From contig JBHLOY010000008.1 of the NCBI GenBank assembly GCA_048939995.1, forward strand, positions 1-64,000: a stretch of DNA of 64,000 nucleotides, read 5' to 3'. The notes under the pieces were generated by a model that ran no database searches, had not been told where the DNA came from, and saw only the letters and a list, made by a program, of their open reading frames with translations. Origin of the DNA: Promethearchaeota archaeon (GTDB lineage: Archaea > Asgardarchaeota > Lokiarchaeia > Sigyniarchaeales > SOKP01). This document shows, piece by piece, positions 16,779 to 26,459 of the stretch. The position numbers and the translations under genes were made by a program. Positions within the stretch are counted from its first letter, which is position 1, and each line of letters opens with the position of its first letter.

Positions 16779-18683
16779 ATGGGAAGCATAATTTATCCTC
16801 CAGAAGAAGTTTATAGCCCGCCCAAATTGAAAACGCCCAATTATGACCACATTATACTTTGGATGTTATGTAATAATAATAAATGTAAATGGGCAGATTT
16901 CCGTCAAGAACCAATTGAAATTCCAACTGGCACGTTATCGAGACATTTAGATAAGTTAAAGCGTAAAGGATTCGTAGAAAATTTTACTAGAGGGCAGTAT
17001 AGAATCACTACTGAAGGAAAAAAGAGGTATCATGAGCTATCAAGTGCGAAGAAGAAGTCACATAAACTTAATTATCCTCCTAATATCATCTTAAAAGGAG
17101 GGCGAAATTACTCTCACTGGATTTTATGGATGGTTTATAACAATAATTTCTGCAGAAGGGCTGAATTCCTTGAGGAACCATTATCTATAAATCAATCATC
17201 ATTATCAAAGAATTTGAGTTTGTTATTAGAACAGGGTTTTATAACAAAAGAAGATGGAAAGTATGTAATTACACGAGAAGGTAAATTGGAGTATTCTAAA
17301 ATGCTCCAAAATTATGATTTAGATAGACAAACTGTTTTAGAGGAGGAAGGTAAACGAATTGAAGAGATAACTAAAAAGACAATTCAGTTTTTTGAAGAGC
17401 ATAATATCAAAGATGAAGAGATCCAATTTAGGTTTTTAAATAATATATTAACTTTAGAATATGAAAAAGTAAAACCGTTGCTAAAAGACGAGGAAATTTT
17501 TCGTAAAATTTTACTCTTTCTTTCATTAAACCATCCGAATCAATATCCAAATTTTATTTCCTCTGAAGACTTCTCTAAAACCTATAAAATTAAGAAAACT
17601 ACACTTGATTATTATATTGATGAAATTTCAGAAGGGAAAATATATTCTCTGAGATTTTTTAAACTAAAAAGACCATCGGGTGAGCAATATTACTTTCAAT
17701 CAGAAGGAGTGCTAGAAAAAATGCTTCGAGTGATTACTGAGAATAAAATCACTAAAGTTTCTTATTTAAATAAACTCTTTTCTAAGCCAACGCCAATTTT
17801 AGATATGAGCTACATTATTAATGATATAGCGAACCAGACCTGTGAATTCTTATTTAATAAAGATTTAAAGGCATCAATAAAAGAGTTTTTACCAGATTAT
17901 ATTAAATATCTAGCTTATAAAATTGAAACTAAAAAGGAATTGAAACAAACTTATGATAAATTGGAAGGAATAATTTGGCAGAATGTAGCAGACATTTTTC
18001 AAACACAACTCTATGAGAGTTTAGGAGATCAATTTGAGGAACAAATAGAAGAGATAGATAAGGAAATTGAATCAGAACCTGAAAATCTCAACTTATATTA
18101 TTTAAAGGTTCGAATTTTAACTTATTTTAATCATCATAAAGAAGCGATAAAGTTATTAGACGAAATGTTGAATATTTTTTCTGATAGTGAAAAGGATATT
18201 AAAATTTTAAAAGCTGCTGTCCTTAGAAGGAGGCAGGATATCCAAGCAGGGTTGGAGATTATCGAATCTTTAATCGAAAAATATCCTGAAGACAATGATC
18301 TTCTTAGCTATAAAGCCTATTGGTTTCAATTTTTAGATAAAAAAGAAGAAGCAATAGAAGTAATTCAAAAAGTCATTGAAAGTGAACCCAAAAGGGGAAT
18401 TTATTATGACACTTATGGTGAAATTTTAATGTATTTCGAAGATTATGAAGAAGCAGCCAAGAAGTTTACAAAATCGATGGTCTTGGGAACCCAAGAATGG
18501 TATATTTTCCAGACCTATATCAAGTTAGGTATTTGTTATCGCCAAGTTCCTGAGAAGCGTAATTTAGCAATAGAGAATCTCAAAAAAGGGATAACCCTCA
18601 CAAAGAAAAATGTAAAAGATCCTGAAACAAAGGAAAAATGGCTTTCTATTGCTAATCTTTTTCTATCAGAACTAAACCAGTAG
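16779..18683 (+). CDS. Tandem wHTH + TPR transcription regulator (paralog B)
   Basis: Full-length paralog of 11799-13733 (shared SINQSSLSK, NYDLDRQT, YIKYLAYKIETKKELK, YDKLEGIIWQN, DTYGEIL). Confidence 0.8.
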   Translation: MGSIIYPPEEVYSPPKLKTPNYDHIILWMLCNNNKCKWADFRQEPIEIPTGTLSRHLDKLKRKGFVENFTRGQYRITTEGKKRYHELSSAKKKSHKLNYPPNIILKGGRNYSHWILWMVYNNNFCRRAEFLEEPLSINQSSLSKNLSLLLEQGFITKEDGKYVITREGKLEYSKMLQNYDLDRQTVLEEEGKRIEEITKKTIQFFEEHNIKDEEIQFRFLNNILTLEYEKVKPLLKDEEIFRKILLFLSLNHPNQYPNFISSEDFSKTYKIKKTTLDYYIDEISEGKIYSLRFFKLKRPSGEQYYFQSEGVLEKMLRVITENKITKVSYLNKLFSKPTPILDMSYIINDIANQTCEFLFNKDLKASIKEFLPDYIKYLAYKIETKKELKQTYDKLEGIIWQNVADIFQTQLYESLGDQFEEQIEEIDKEIESEPENLNLYYLKVRILTYFNHHKEAIKLLDEMLNIFSDSEKDIKILKAAVLRRRQDIQAGLEIIESLIEKYPEDNDLLSYKAYWFQFLDKKEEAIEVIQKVIESEPKRGIYYDTYGEILMYFEDYEEAAKKFTKSMVLGTQEWYIFQTYIKLGICYRQVPEKRNLAIENLKKGITLTKKNVKDPETKEKWLSIANLFLSELNQ

Positions 18684-18713
18684 AAAAATTGATTAAATGT
18701 AAGAGTTCGAATC

Positions 18714-20405
18714 TTAAGCAGGAGGCCCTGTTTTTTTTATAAAGATTTCAGTAATTATTGGTTCTAAAGTAGGAATATCAGTTATTTTTATTTTCCTATT
18801 AGCGTGATAAAATTCTTCAAATGTGTCCCACACTTCACTATGACTCTTTAGCATATTTATGAATGATTTCATTCGCTTTTGGGCTAAATAAGATTGTCCC
18901 TTATACACATAGCACATTAAAAATGGTGAAACTGAGTCCATAAGAAGAGTATGTTTACCGAAAGAAGCTCGATCTAACCCCTCAGAAAACATTTCGTGGA
19001 TAAAGGAATTAATTGCGGTAAAGAATCCTCCAAATAAATGATCTTCGAAAGCTTTATCTTTATTAAATGAGTGAGAGAAAAAAGGGATACCTCCCTCAGA
19101 TACGATTAAAAGAAGTACAGGTTGCTCATCTGTAAGCTTTGGATCTTCTATTATTCGTCTCTTTATTATATAATCTATCTGTTCATTCAAACCAGCGAGT
19201 TCTAAACGTTCTGATAAAGAAATCTCTGATTGCTCGAAATTTTCCCATATTTTTTCTTGATTAAGTAATTTATCATGCTCATTTGAAATGTTTGCTGCTA
19301 ATCGTTTGAGACCATATATTTCCGCTACATTTTGTGCCTGAGTTAAAAATCGTTTAGCTTCCTTTATATCCAAAGTTAATAGTGAAAGTTTGGCTTGCAA
19401 AAAATAAGTTTCGGCTAAATATATATATAAATGTTGATCTTCAGCAATATCTAACAACTTTTGAACAAATGGTTGAATCTCATTTATTATCTCGAGGTCA
19501 TTAGTTATCCGAAGTTCAATTAGGTATAAATCACATAACTCTATGATCGCTGTAATCCGTGCCTCACCAAATAATGTATCGTCCATTGCGAGCATTTTAA
19601 ATATTTCTTCTGCTTTAATACGGTCTCTTGCTCGCAGACTTGATTTTAATATCAAAGCCTTAGAACTATAGTACCAAGTTTTAGAAATTTCGTCATCAAG
19701 TTTCTTGAAAAGAGAACGCAATTGTTCAAGATAAACTTTCGCTTCTTTAATATTTCCTTTACTGTTATAAATATAAATTAAGCTAGCTAACCCAACTGGG
19801 AGGGACGGGTTAACCTTAAGGGCTTTTTTAGCATATTTTATTGCTTTATCATATTCTTTCATATGGTAATATTGGTCAGCAATATTATTAAGACTCGCAG
19901 AAATCAATGGTTTACTACCTGTATCTTTAGCTAGTTCATAAGCTTTTTTATTCAATTCAAGAGATGTGTGAATATCTCCCTTAAAATGGTAAATACCAGC
20001 CTTTATCCTTACCAATAAAGATTCTCTTTCTCTAAGATTTATTGAAAGTGTTTCTTTAATAACTTTAAATAGAATCTCTGCTTGCCTAATTATATCTTCA
20101 CTTTGAGTAATGTTGGCCATTATCAAATAGGAATAAGCTTGAATGAGTAAAGCATCTAAAGATGATAATAAATCTCCTAGTTTCTGAAATTCTTGATAAA
20201 TTTCCTTAGCTATCTCGATTGCGTCTAAAAATTTTCCTAATCCACGTAATAGATTAGCTTTAACAAGTTTATATAAGAGCAATTCTTTAGGAGAGAGATC
20301 GCCTCTTTTTTCTAATTCTAAAATAACATGAAAAGCTTCCTTAACTTTACCCTCTTCTAGAAGTTGATTAACTTGAATCAATTCTTTAGTTTCAGGACGA
20401 AACAT
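18714..20405 (-). CDS. TPR + longin-like protein (paralog 3)
   Basis: TPRs; LLIVSEGGIPFFSH...FEDHLFGGFFTAINSF...EGLDRASFG. Confidence 0.8.
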   Translation of the reverse strand: MFRPETKELIQVNQLLEEGKVKEAFHVILELEKRGDLSPKELLLYKLVKANLLRGLGKFLDAIEIAKEIYQEFQKLGDLLSSLDALLIQAYSYLIMANITQSEDIIRQAEILFKVIKETLSINLRERESLLVRIKAGIYHFKGDIHTSLELNKKAYELAKDTGSKPLISASLNNIADQYYHMKEYDKAIKYAKKALKVNPSLPVGLASLIYIYNSKGNIKEAKVYLEQLRSLFKKLDDEISKTWYYSSKALILKSSLRARDRIKAEEIFKMLAMDDTLFGEARITAIIELCDLYLIELRITNDLEIINEIQPFVQKLLDIAEDQHLYIYLAETYFLQAKLSLLTLDIKEAKRFLTQAQNVAEIYGLKRLAANISNEHDKLLNQEKIWENFEQSEISLSERLELAGLNEQIDYIIKRRIIEDPKLTDEQPVLLLIVSEGGIPFFSHSFNKDKAFEDHLFGGFFTAINSFIHEMFSEGLDRASFGKHTLLMDSVSPFLMCYVYKGQSYLAQKRMKSFINMLKSHSEVWDTFEEFYHANRKIKITDIPTLEPIITEIFIKKTGPPA

Positions 20406-20485
20406 CTATTCATAAAGCTTGTTAAATGTAAATTTGGTTGAATATATTTACTATTATAAGCTAATTTATATTTTAAATCTAATCT

Positions 20486-22165
20486 TTAATGAAGCTTTTT
20501 CTCAATAAAAATCTCGTGTATTAGTGGTTCTAAGGAAGGAATATCAGTTATTTGAACTTTCCTATTAACTTGATAAAATTTTTCAAATGTGTCCCACACT
20601 TCACTATGACTCTTTAGCTCATTTATGAATGATTTCATTCGCTTCTGAGCGGAATATGATTGCCCCTCATATATATAGCACATTAAAAATGGTGAAATTG
20701 AGTCCATAAGAAGTGTGTGTTTACCAAAAGAAGCACGATCCAGTCCTTCAGAAAACTTTTCATTAATAAAGGAATTGAATGTAGTAAAGAATCCTCCAAA
20801 TAAGTGATCCTCAAAAGTCTTATCTTCTATAAATGAGTAGGAGAAAAAAGGAATACCGCCCTCAGACACGATTAAAAGAAGAAGAGGCTCCTCATCTGAA
20901 AGTTCTGGGTTTTCTATTAATCGGTTTTTTATCATATAGCCCATTTGTTCATTCAAACCTGCAAATTCTAAACGTTCTGATAAAGATACATTAGAATTTT
21001 TAAAATCTTCCCAGATTTTTTCTTGATTAAGTAATTTATCATGTTCATTTGAAATATTTGCTGCTAATCGCTTTAAACCATAAGTTTCCGCTATATTCTG
21101 CGCTTGTGTTAAAAATTTTTGAGCAATTTTTATATCAGAAGTTAATAATGAAAGTTTCGCTTGTAAGAAGTATGTTTCTGCTAAAACTAAATACATATGC
21201 TGATGGTTAGCAATTTCTAATAATTCATGAATATAAGGTTGTATTTCATTTATTATTCCAAGATCATCAGTCATTTTTAGTTCAGTTAAACATAAATCAC
21301 ACAAGTTTATAATCGCATCAATCCGTTGTTCACTAGATATTTCAGTGTTTAAAGCAATGCTTTTAAAAAGATCTTCTGACTCAATACGGTCTCTTGCTCT
21401 TAAACTAGATTTTAATAATAAAGCCTTTGTATAAATGTAAAGAGTTTTATTTCGTTTAAATTTCTCAGTATAATCACAGAGATTCTTAAGATAAGCTTTT
21501 GCATTTTCAATATCTCCTGTACCAACAAAAATTTCAATTAATGTACCTAATGCCGTTGGATAATATATATTTTTCATAACAGCATCTTTAGCAAAATTTA
21601 TTGCTTTGTCATATTCCTTCATATGAAAGTAAATTTGAGCAATATTGTTAAGACATGCTGATATCATTCTTTTATTCTCTGTTTCTTTTGCTAGTTGATA
21701 AGACTTTTGATTCAATTCTAGTGCAGTTTGAATTTCGCCCTTAAAAAAACTAATTCCAGCTTTTATCCTTGTTAAAAACGATTCTCTCTCTCTTAGATCT
21801 ATTGAAAATGTTCCTTTAATAATTTTAAATAAATTTTGTGCTTTTTCAACAAGATCTTCACTTTTATTTACATTTACCATAAAGAGATACGAATGTGCTT
21901 GAATAGTCAAAGCATCAAAAGATAAAAGTAAATCTCCTAACTTTTGAGACTCTTGATAAACTACTTCAGCATATTCAATAGCATCCAAGTAATTTCCAAT
22001 GAGTCGGAAAAGATTAGCCTTAATAAGGGTATATAACACTCTTTCTTTAAGAGAGAAATCATCTCTTTGTTCAATTTCTAAGATAACTTGAAGAGCGTCC
22101 TTTAGTTTGTCCTCTTCAATAAGTTGATAAACTTGGATCAATTCTTTAATTTCAGGTTGATACAT
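20486..22165 (-). CDS. TPR + longin-like protein (paralog 4)
   Basis: Same architecture; closest to paralog 3. Confidence 0.8.
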   Translation of the reverse strand: MYQPEIKELIQVYQLIEEDKLKDALQVILEIEQRDDFSLKERVLYTLIKANLFRLIGNYLDAIEYAEVVYQESQKLGDLLLSFDALTIQAHSYLFMVNVNKSEDLVEKAQNLFKIIKGTFSIDLRERESFLTRIKAGISFFKGEIQTALELNQKSYQLAKETENKRMISACLNNIAQIYFHMKEYDKAINFAKDAVMKNIYYPTALGTLIEIFVGTGDIENAKAYLKNLCDYTEKFKRNKTLYIYTKALLLKSSLRARDRIESEDLFKSIALNTEISSEQRIDAIINLCDLCLTELKMTDDLGIINEIQPYIHELLEIANHQHMYLVLAETYFLQAKLSLLTSDIKIAQKFLTQAQNIAETYGLKRLAANISNEHDKLLNQEKIWEDFKNSNVSLSERLEFAGLNEQMGYMIKNRLIENPELSDEEPLLLLIVSEGGIPFFSYSFIEDKTFEDHLFGGFFTTFNSFINEKFSEGLDRASFGKHTLLMDSISPFLMCYIYEGQSYSAQKRMKSFINELKSHSEVWDTFEKFYQVNRKVQITDIPSLEPLIHEIFIEKKLH

Positions 22166-22271
22166 TAATTCATAAAGCTTGTTATATGGAAATATTTTTA
22201 GATATATTTACTAATATAAGCTAAATTGGGTTTTAAATATAATGTCTAACTCAATTCTAAATTCTTTTATT

Positions 22272-24236
22272 TTAACGATATGTTTTCTCAATAAAAATCT
22301 CTTTTATGAGCACCTCTAAAGAAGGAATGTCAGATATTTGAATTTTTCTGTTGGATTGATAAAACTTTTCAAATGTGACCCACATTTCTCTAGTACTCTT
22401 TAATTCATGTACAAATGCTTTTATTCGCTTTTGAGCTAAATAAGATTGCCCCTTATACACATAGCACATTAAAAAGGGTGAAATTGAGTCCATAAGGAGC
22501 GTATGTTTGCCAAAAGAAGCTCGATCTAGCCCTTCAGAAAAAGATTCATGAATAAAGGAATTAATAGCAGTAAAGAATCCACCCAACAAATGGTCTTCAA
22601 ATTCTTTGTCTGTAATAAATGAATATGAAAAGTAAGGCACTCCTCCCTCTGATACAATTAAGAGAAATACTGGCTCCTCATCTACAAGCTCTTGGGCTTC
22701 AATACCTTTTTTTTTTACCATATTCTCAAGTTGTTTGTTCAACCCTGCGAGTTCCCAACGCTCAGACAAAGATGCATTTGATTCTTTTAAGTTCTCCCAA
22801 AATTTTATTTGTTTGATTAAATTATCATGCTCATGTGAAATCTTTATCGCTAACCGTTTTATACCATAAGATTCTGCGATTTTTTGAGCTTGAATTAAAA
22901 ACCTTCGAGCAGCATTCAGATCAAAATCTAATAAAGCTAATTTGGCTTGTAATATGAAAACTTCACAAAAAATTAAATAAGAGTGTGATTCTTCAGCGAT
23001 AGTTAATAACCGAGAAATATAGGTATTTAGTTCATGAATAACATCAGCACTTTTATTTATATGATATTCTGAAAGCAGCAAGTCACAGAGATGAATCAAT
23101 GCGTCTCTTATAAGATCAAAAAATATGGTTTTAGTTTCAACAATTTGTTTTAATATCTCTTCAGCCATTGCTTTATCTCGAATTCGATTACTTCTTTTTA
23201 AAATTAAAGCTTTTTCGTATTTGTAAATGATTTCTGTATTTTTATCTTTTTTTTGAATACTTAAATTTTCCAAATGATGGAAATATTGTTGAGCAAGTTC
23301 TATATCTCCCATTTCGAGAGCTACCTCTATCAAACCGCCAAAAATGCCTGCAAACCCCCCATAAATACCATAATTACTTTCGGAAGTCTTTTTACGAAGT
23401 AATAAACATTCCTCAAAATATTCTAATGCTAGACGATATTCACCTTTTCCACAATATAATCCCCCTAAATTGTTATATATTGCTGAAATATACCATATAT
23501 TATTAATTTCTTTGAATATTGTTAAACTCTTCAAATGGTACTTAAAACTAATATCAAGTTCCCCAATAGCATAATACATTACTCCTAAAGCTATGTCACA
23601 AAAACCTAACCAGTAGTGGTTAAACTTAATACTCTTTGCTATTGATTTTGCTTTTTTTGCGTATTCAATAGCAAGATCGTATCGATGTTTTACTTGAAGC
23701 ATAATTTGTGAAACTAACATATTTGCCCAGACAATTTCAAATATATTCCCCACTTGTTTTTGTGAATTAGATATCCATTCTAAACATTTCTCTGCTAAGT
23801 CAGTATTACCTACATATAGATTAATCCAGGCTTTTAACACTCTTAAACGAATTTTACATTTAAATACAATATCATTAGAGAAATTTGAAATATGTTCCAT
23901 TAAAGCCTCAGCTTTTTCAATCAAGTTGGAGGCTTCGTCCCATTTATTACTTAAACCTAATCCAGTGAGCATTAAGAATAAACCATCAAATGACTGGAGT
24001 GGTCTATTGAGTTCCTGTCCTTCTCTATATATTTGATCTCCTAAATCAATAGCTTCTTCATTTTTATTCTGATAAATATATATTAAACCTTTGAGAAATT
24101 GATAATAATCTTTTTCTTGAGAATTAAGAGCTTCGAGCTGGTTATGATCGTTTAATATTTCAAGTGAGTCATCAAGTTTACCAGCATCAAAAAGCTCTTC
24201 CACTCTTGAAAATTTATTTATTTCTGGATCAGGCAT
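22272..24236 (-). CDS. TPR + longin-like protein (paralog 5)
   Basis: Same architecture. Confidence 0.8.
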   Translation of the reverse strand: MPDPEINKFSRVEELFDAGKLDDSLEILNDHNQLEALNSQEKDYYQFLKGLIYIYQNKNEEAIDLGDQIYREGQELNRPLQSFDGLFLMLTGLGLSNKWDEASNLIEKAEALMEHISNFSNDIVFKCKIRLRVLKAWINLYVGNTDLAEKCLEWISNSQKQVGNIFEIVWANMLVSQIMLQVKHRYDLAIEYAKKAKSIAKSIKFNHYWLGFCDIALGVMYYAIGELDISFKYHLKSLTIFKEINNIWYISAIYNNLGGLYCGKGEYRLALEYFEECLLLRKKTSESNYGIYGGFAGIFGGLIEVALEMGDIELAQQYFHHLENLSIQKKDKNTEIIYKYEKALILKRSNRIRDKAMAEEILKQIVETKTIFFDLIRDALIHLCDLLLSEYHINKSADVIHELNTYISRLLTIAEESHSYLIFCEVFILQAKLALLDFDLNAARRFLIQAQKIAESYGIKRLAIKISHEHDNLIKQIKFWENLKESNASLSERWELAGLNKQLENMVKKKGIEAQELVDEEPVFLLIVSEGGVPYFSYSFITDKEFEDHLLGGFFTAINSFIHESFSEGLDRASFGKHTLLMDSISPFLMCYVYKGQSYLAQKRIKAFVHELKSTREMWVTFEKFYQSNRKIQISDIPSLEVLIKEIFIEKTYR

Positions 24237-24295
24237 TTATTTTATTGATTGGATTGTAACCTTATGAATAGAGTAAGCAAATTAGGATTTTAAAT

Positions 24296-26254
24296 CTAGT
24301 GTTTAAAGAGGTTTTTTTGGATAAAAATCTCTTGTATTAGAGGTGCTAATGTAGGTATGTCTCTTATGTTAATTTTCCTATTCATATGATAAAATTTGTT
24401 AAAATCATCCCAAAGTTCTTTATTACTCTTTATTTCCTTTATAAATGATTTTATTCGATTTTGGGCAGAATAAGATTGACCCTTGTATACATAACACATT
24501 AAGAATGGTGAGATAGAGTTCATTAGAAGTGTATATTCTCCGAAAGAGGCTCGATCAAGCCCCTGGGAAAAAATTTCATTAATAAAGGTATTAATAGCAG
24601 TAAAAAACCCACCAAAAAGGTGATCTTCAAATTTTTTATCTTGGATAAAAGACTGAGAGAAAAAAGGTATACCACCTTCTGAAGCAATCAATAAGAAAAC
24701 CGGTTCTTCATCGGAAAGCTTTGGAACATCGGCTTTTCGTTTTTTTGCCATATTTTTTATTTGCTCATCTAATCTGGCAAGTTTCCAGCGTTCAGAAAAT
24801 GGCGCTTCCGTTTCCTTTAACCTCTCCCACAAATTTAATCTTTTAAGCAAATCATCATGTTCAAAAGAAATTTTCATTGCTAAGCGTTTCATATTATAGG
24901 ATTCTGCTATCTTTTGTGCTTGGGTTAAAAACAGTCGAGCCGATTTTATGTCAAAATTTAATAAAGCTAATTTAGCCTGAAGTATGAAGGTTTCACAAAA
25001 AACAAAATATGAATGTTGCTTCTCCGCGATAGTTAATAATTTGGCAATGTAATGATTTATTTCAAACAAAATTTCGCTATCATTATCAATACGGTATTCC
25101 ATGAGAAGTATCTCACAAAGATGGATATGAGCTATGATAATAAGATCAAAAGCTATAGTTTTAGTTTCTACAATTTCTTTGAGTAATTCTTCTGCTTTTG
25201 CTTTATCTCGGATTCTAGAACTTGTTTTCAAAATTAGGGCTTTAGCGAATTTGTAATTAAGTTCAATTCCATCACTTCTTTTCTGGTTATAAATTTCTTC
25301 CAAACGATGAAAATATTTTTGAGCACGCTCGTTATCTCCATGCTCAACAGCTAAGGGAATTAAAGTTCCAATAACGCCTTGAATAGAAACAAAACCTTGA
25401 GGAAGTTGTTCTAAAAGATTTATACTCTCCTCTAAATGTTCCACAGCAAGTTCATATTCACCTCTTTCACCATACATATCCCCCATATTATTTAATAGAA
25501 TTGCGATATTAAAACTACTTTTTATCTTTTTAAATAACTCTAAACTCTTTATGTTATATTTCAAGCTTTTATCCATTTCACCAATAGATGAATAAAATGC
25601 TCCAAAATAGAGTTGACATAGAGCAATCCAGTAGTGATTAAATTTAATTTCCTTTGCAAGAGATAATGCCTTTTTAATGTGCTCCCTACAAAGATCAAAG
25701 TTGCTTTTTACTCGGAATAAATAACTAGCCATTATCAGATTAGCCCAGACGATTTCGAATGACTTTTCGAATTTTTCTTGTGAATTTAAGATCCACACTA
25801 AAGATTTCTCGATCAAATCTACTTTTCCACCACGTAATCCAACAAAAGCTTTTGTTACACTTAAACGAGCTTTTCTTTGGGTTATGAGTTCTTTAGACAC
25901 ATCTGAAATAGATTTTAATACTAACTCAGCTTTTTCAAAAATTTTGAAAGTCTCCTCAAATTTACCAGCTATAGCTAATCCAGTAATAATAAAATATAAT
26001 CCGTCAAAAGATTGGAGATTATCATTACATTTTTGACCTTCTTTATAAATTGTCTCGCCTAAATTAATAAGATCTTCGCCGTAATTAAGATATAAGAAGA
26101 TTAATCCCCTAAGAAACTGAAAATAACTTTTTTGCTGAAGATTAAGCCCCTCATATTGACTCGGATCATTTAATATTTCAAGAGCTTCTTTAAGGTTACC
26201 GTCATCAAAAAGCTCTTCCGCTTTGGTTAACTGCTTTAGCTCTGGATGGGACAT
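24296..26254 (-). CDS. TPR + longin-like protein (paralog 6)
   Basis: Same architecture; N-terminal half closest to paralog 5. Confidence 0.8.
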   Translation of the reverse strand: MSHPELKQLTKAEELFDDGNLKEALEILNDPSQYEGLNLQQKSYFQFLRGLIFLYLNYGEDLINLGETIYKEGQKCNDNLQSFDGLYFIITGLAIAGKFEETFKIFEKAELVLKSISDVSKELITQRKARLSVTKAFVGLRGGKVDLIEKSLVWILNSQEKFEKSFEIVWANLIMASYLFRVKSNFDLCREHIKKALSLAKEIKFNHYWIALCQLYFGAFYSSIGEMDKSLKYNIKSLELFKKIKSSFNIAILLNNMGDMYGERGEYELAVEHLEESINLLEQLPQGFVSIQGVIGTLIPLAVEHGDNERAQKYFHRLEEIYNQKRSDGIELNYKFAKALILKTSSRIRDKAKAEELLKEIVETKTIAFDLIIIAHIHLCEILLMEYRIDNDSEILFEINHYIAKLLTIAEKQHSYFVFCETFILQAKLALLNFDIKSARLFLTQAQKIAESYNMKRLAMKISFEHDDLLKRLNLWERLKETEAPFSERWKLARLDEQIKNMAKKRKADVPKLSDEEPVFLLIASEGGIPFFSQSFIQDKKFEDHLFGGFFTAINTFINEIFSQGLDRASFGEYTLLMNSISPFLMCYVYKGQSYSAQNRIKSFIKEIKSNKELWDDFNKFYHMNRKINIRDIPTLAPLIQEIFIQKNLFKH

Positions 26255-26321
26255 GGATTCAATTGATATGGATTATAACCTTATGGATAAATTAAGCTTA
26301 ATATAATTTTAAATCTAATGA

Positions 26322-26459
26322 TTAATGATGAGTTTTTGAAATAAAAATCTCTTTTATGAGAGGCTCTAAAGAAGGAATGTCTTCTATTTGAATTTTCCTA
26401 TTGGTTTGATAAAACTTTTCAAAAATATCCCAAATTGCTTTGTTACTTGTACTAATTCC
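26322..26459 (-). pseudogene. 3' stub (45 codons) of a TPR-longin paralog, in frame behind the TGA stop of the TIR gene
   Basis: GISTSNKAIWDIFEKFYQTNRKIQIEDIPSLEPLIKEIFISKTHH* matches paralog C-termini (VWDTFEKFYQVNRKVQITDIPSLEPLIHEIFIEKKLH). Confidence 0.85.
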
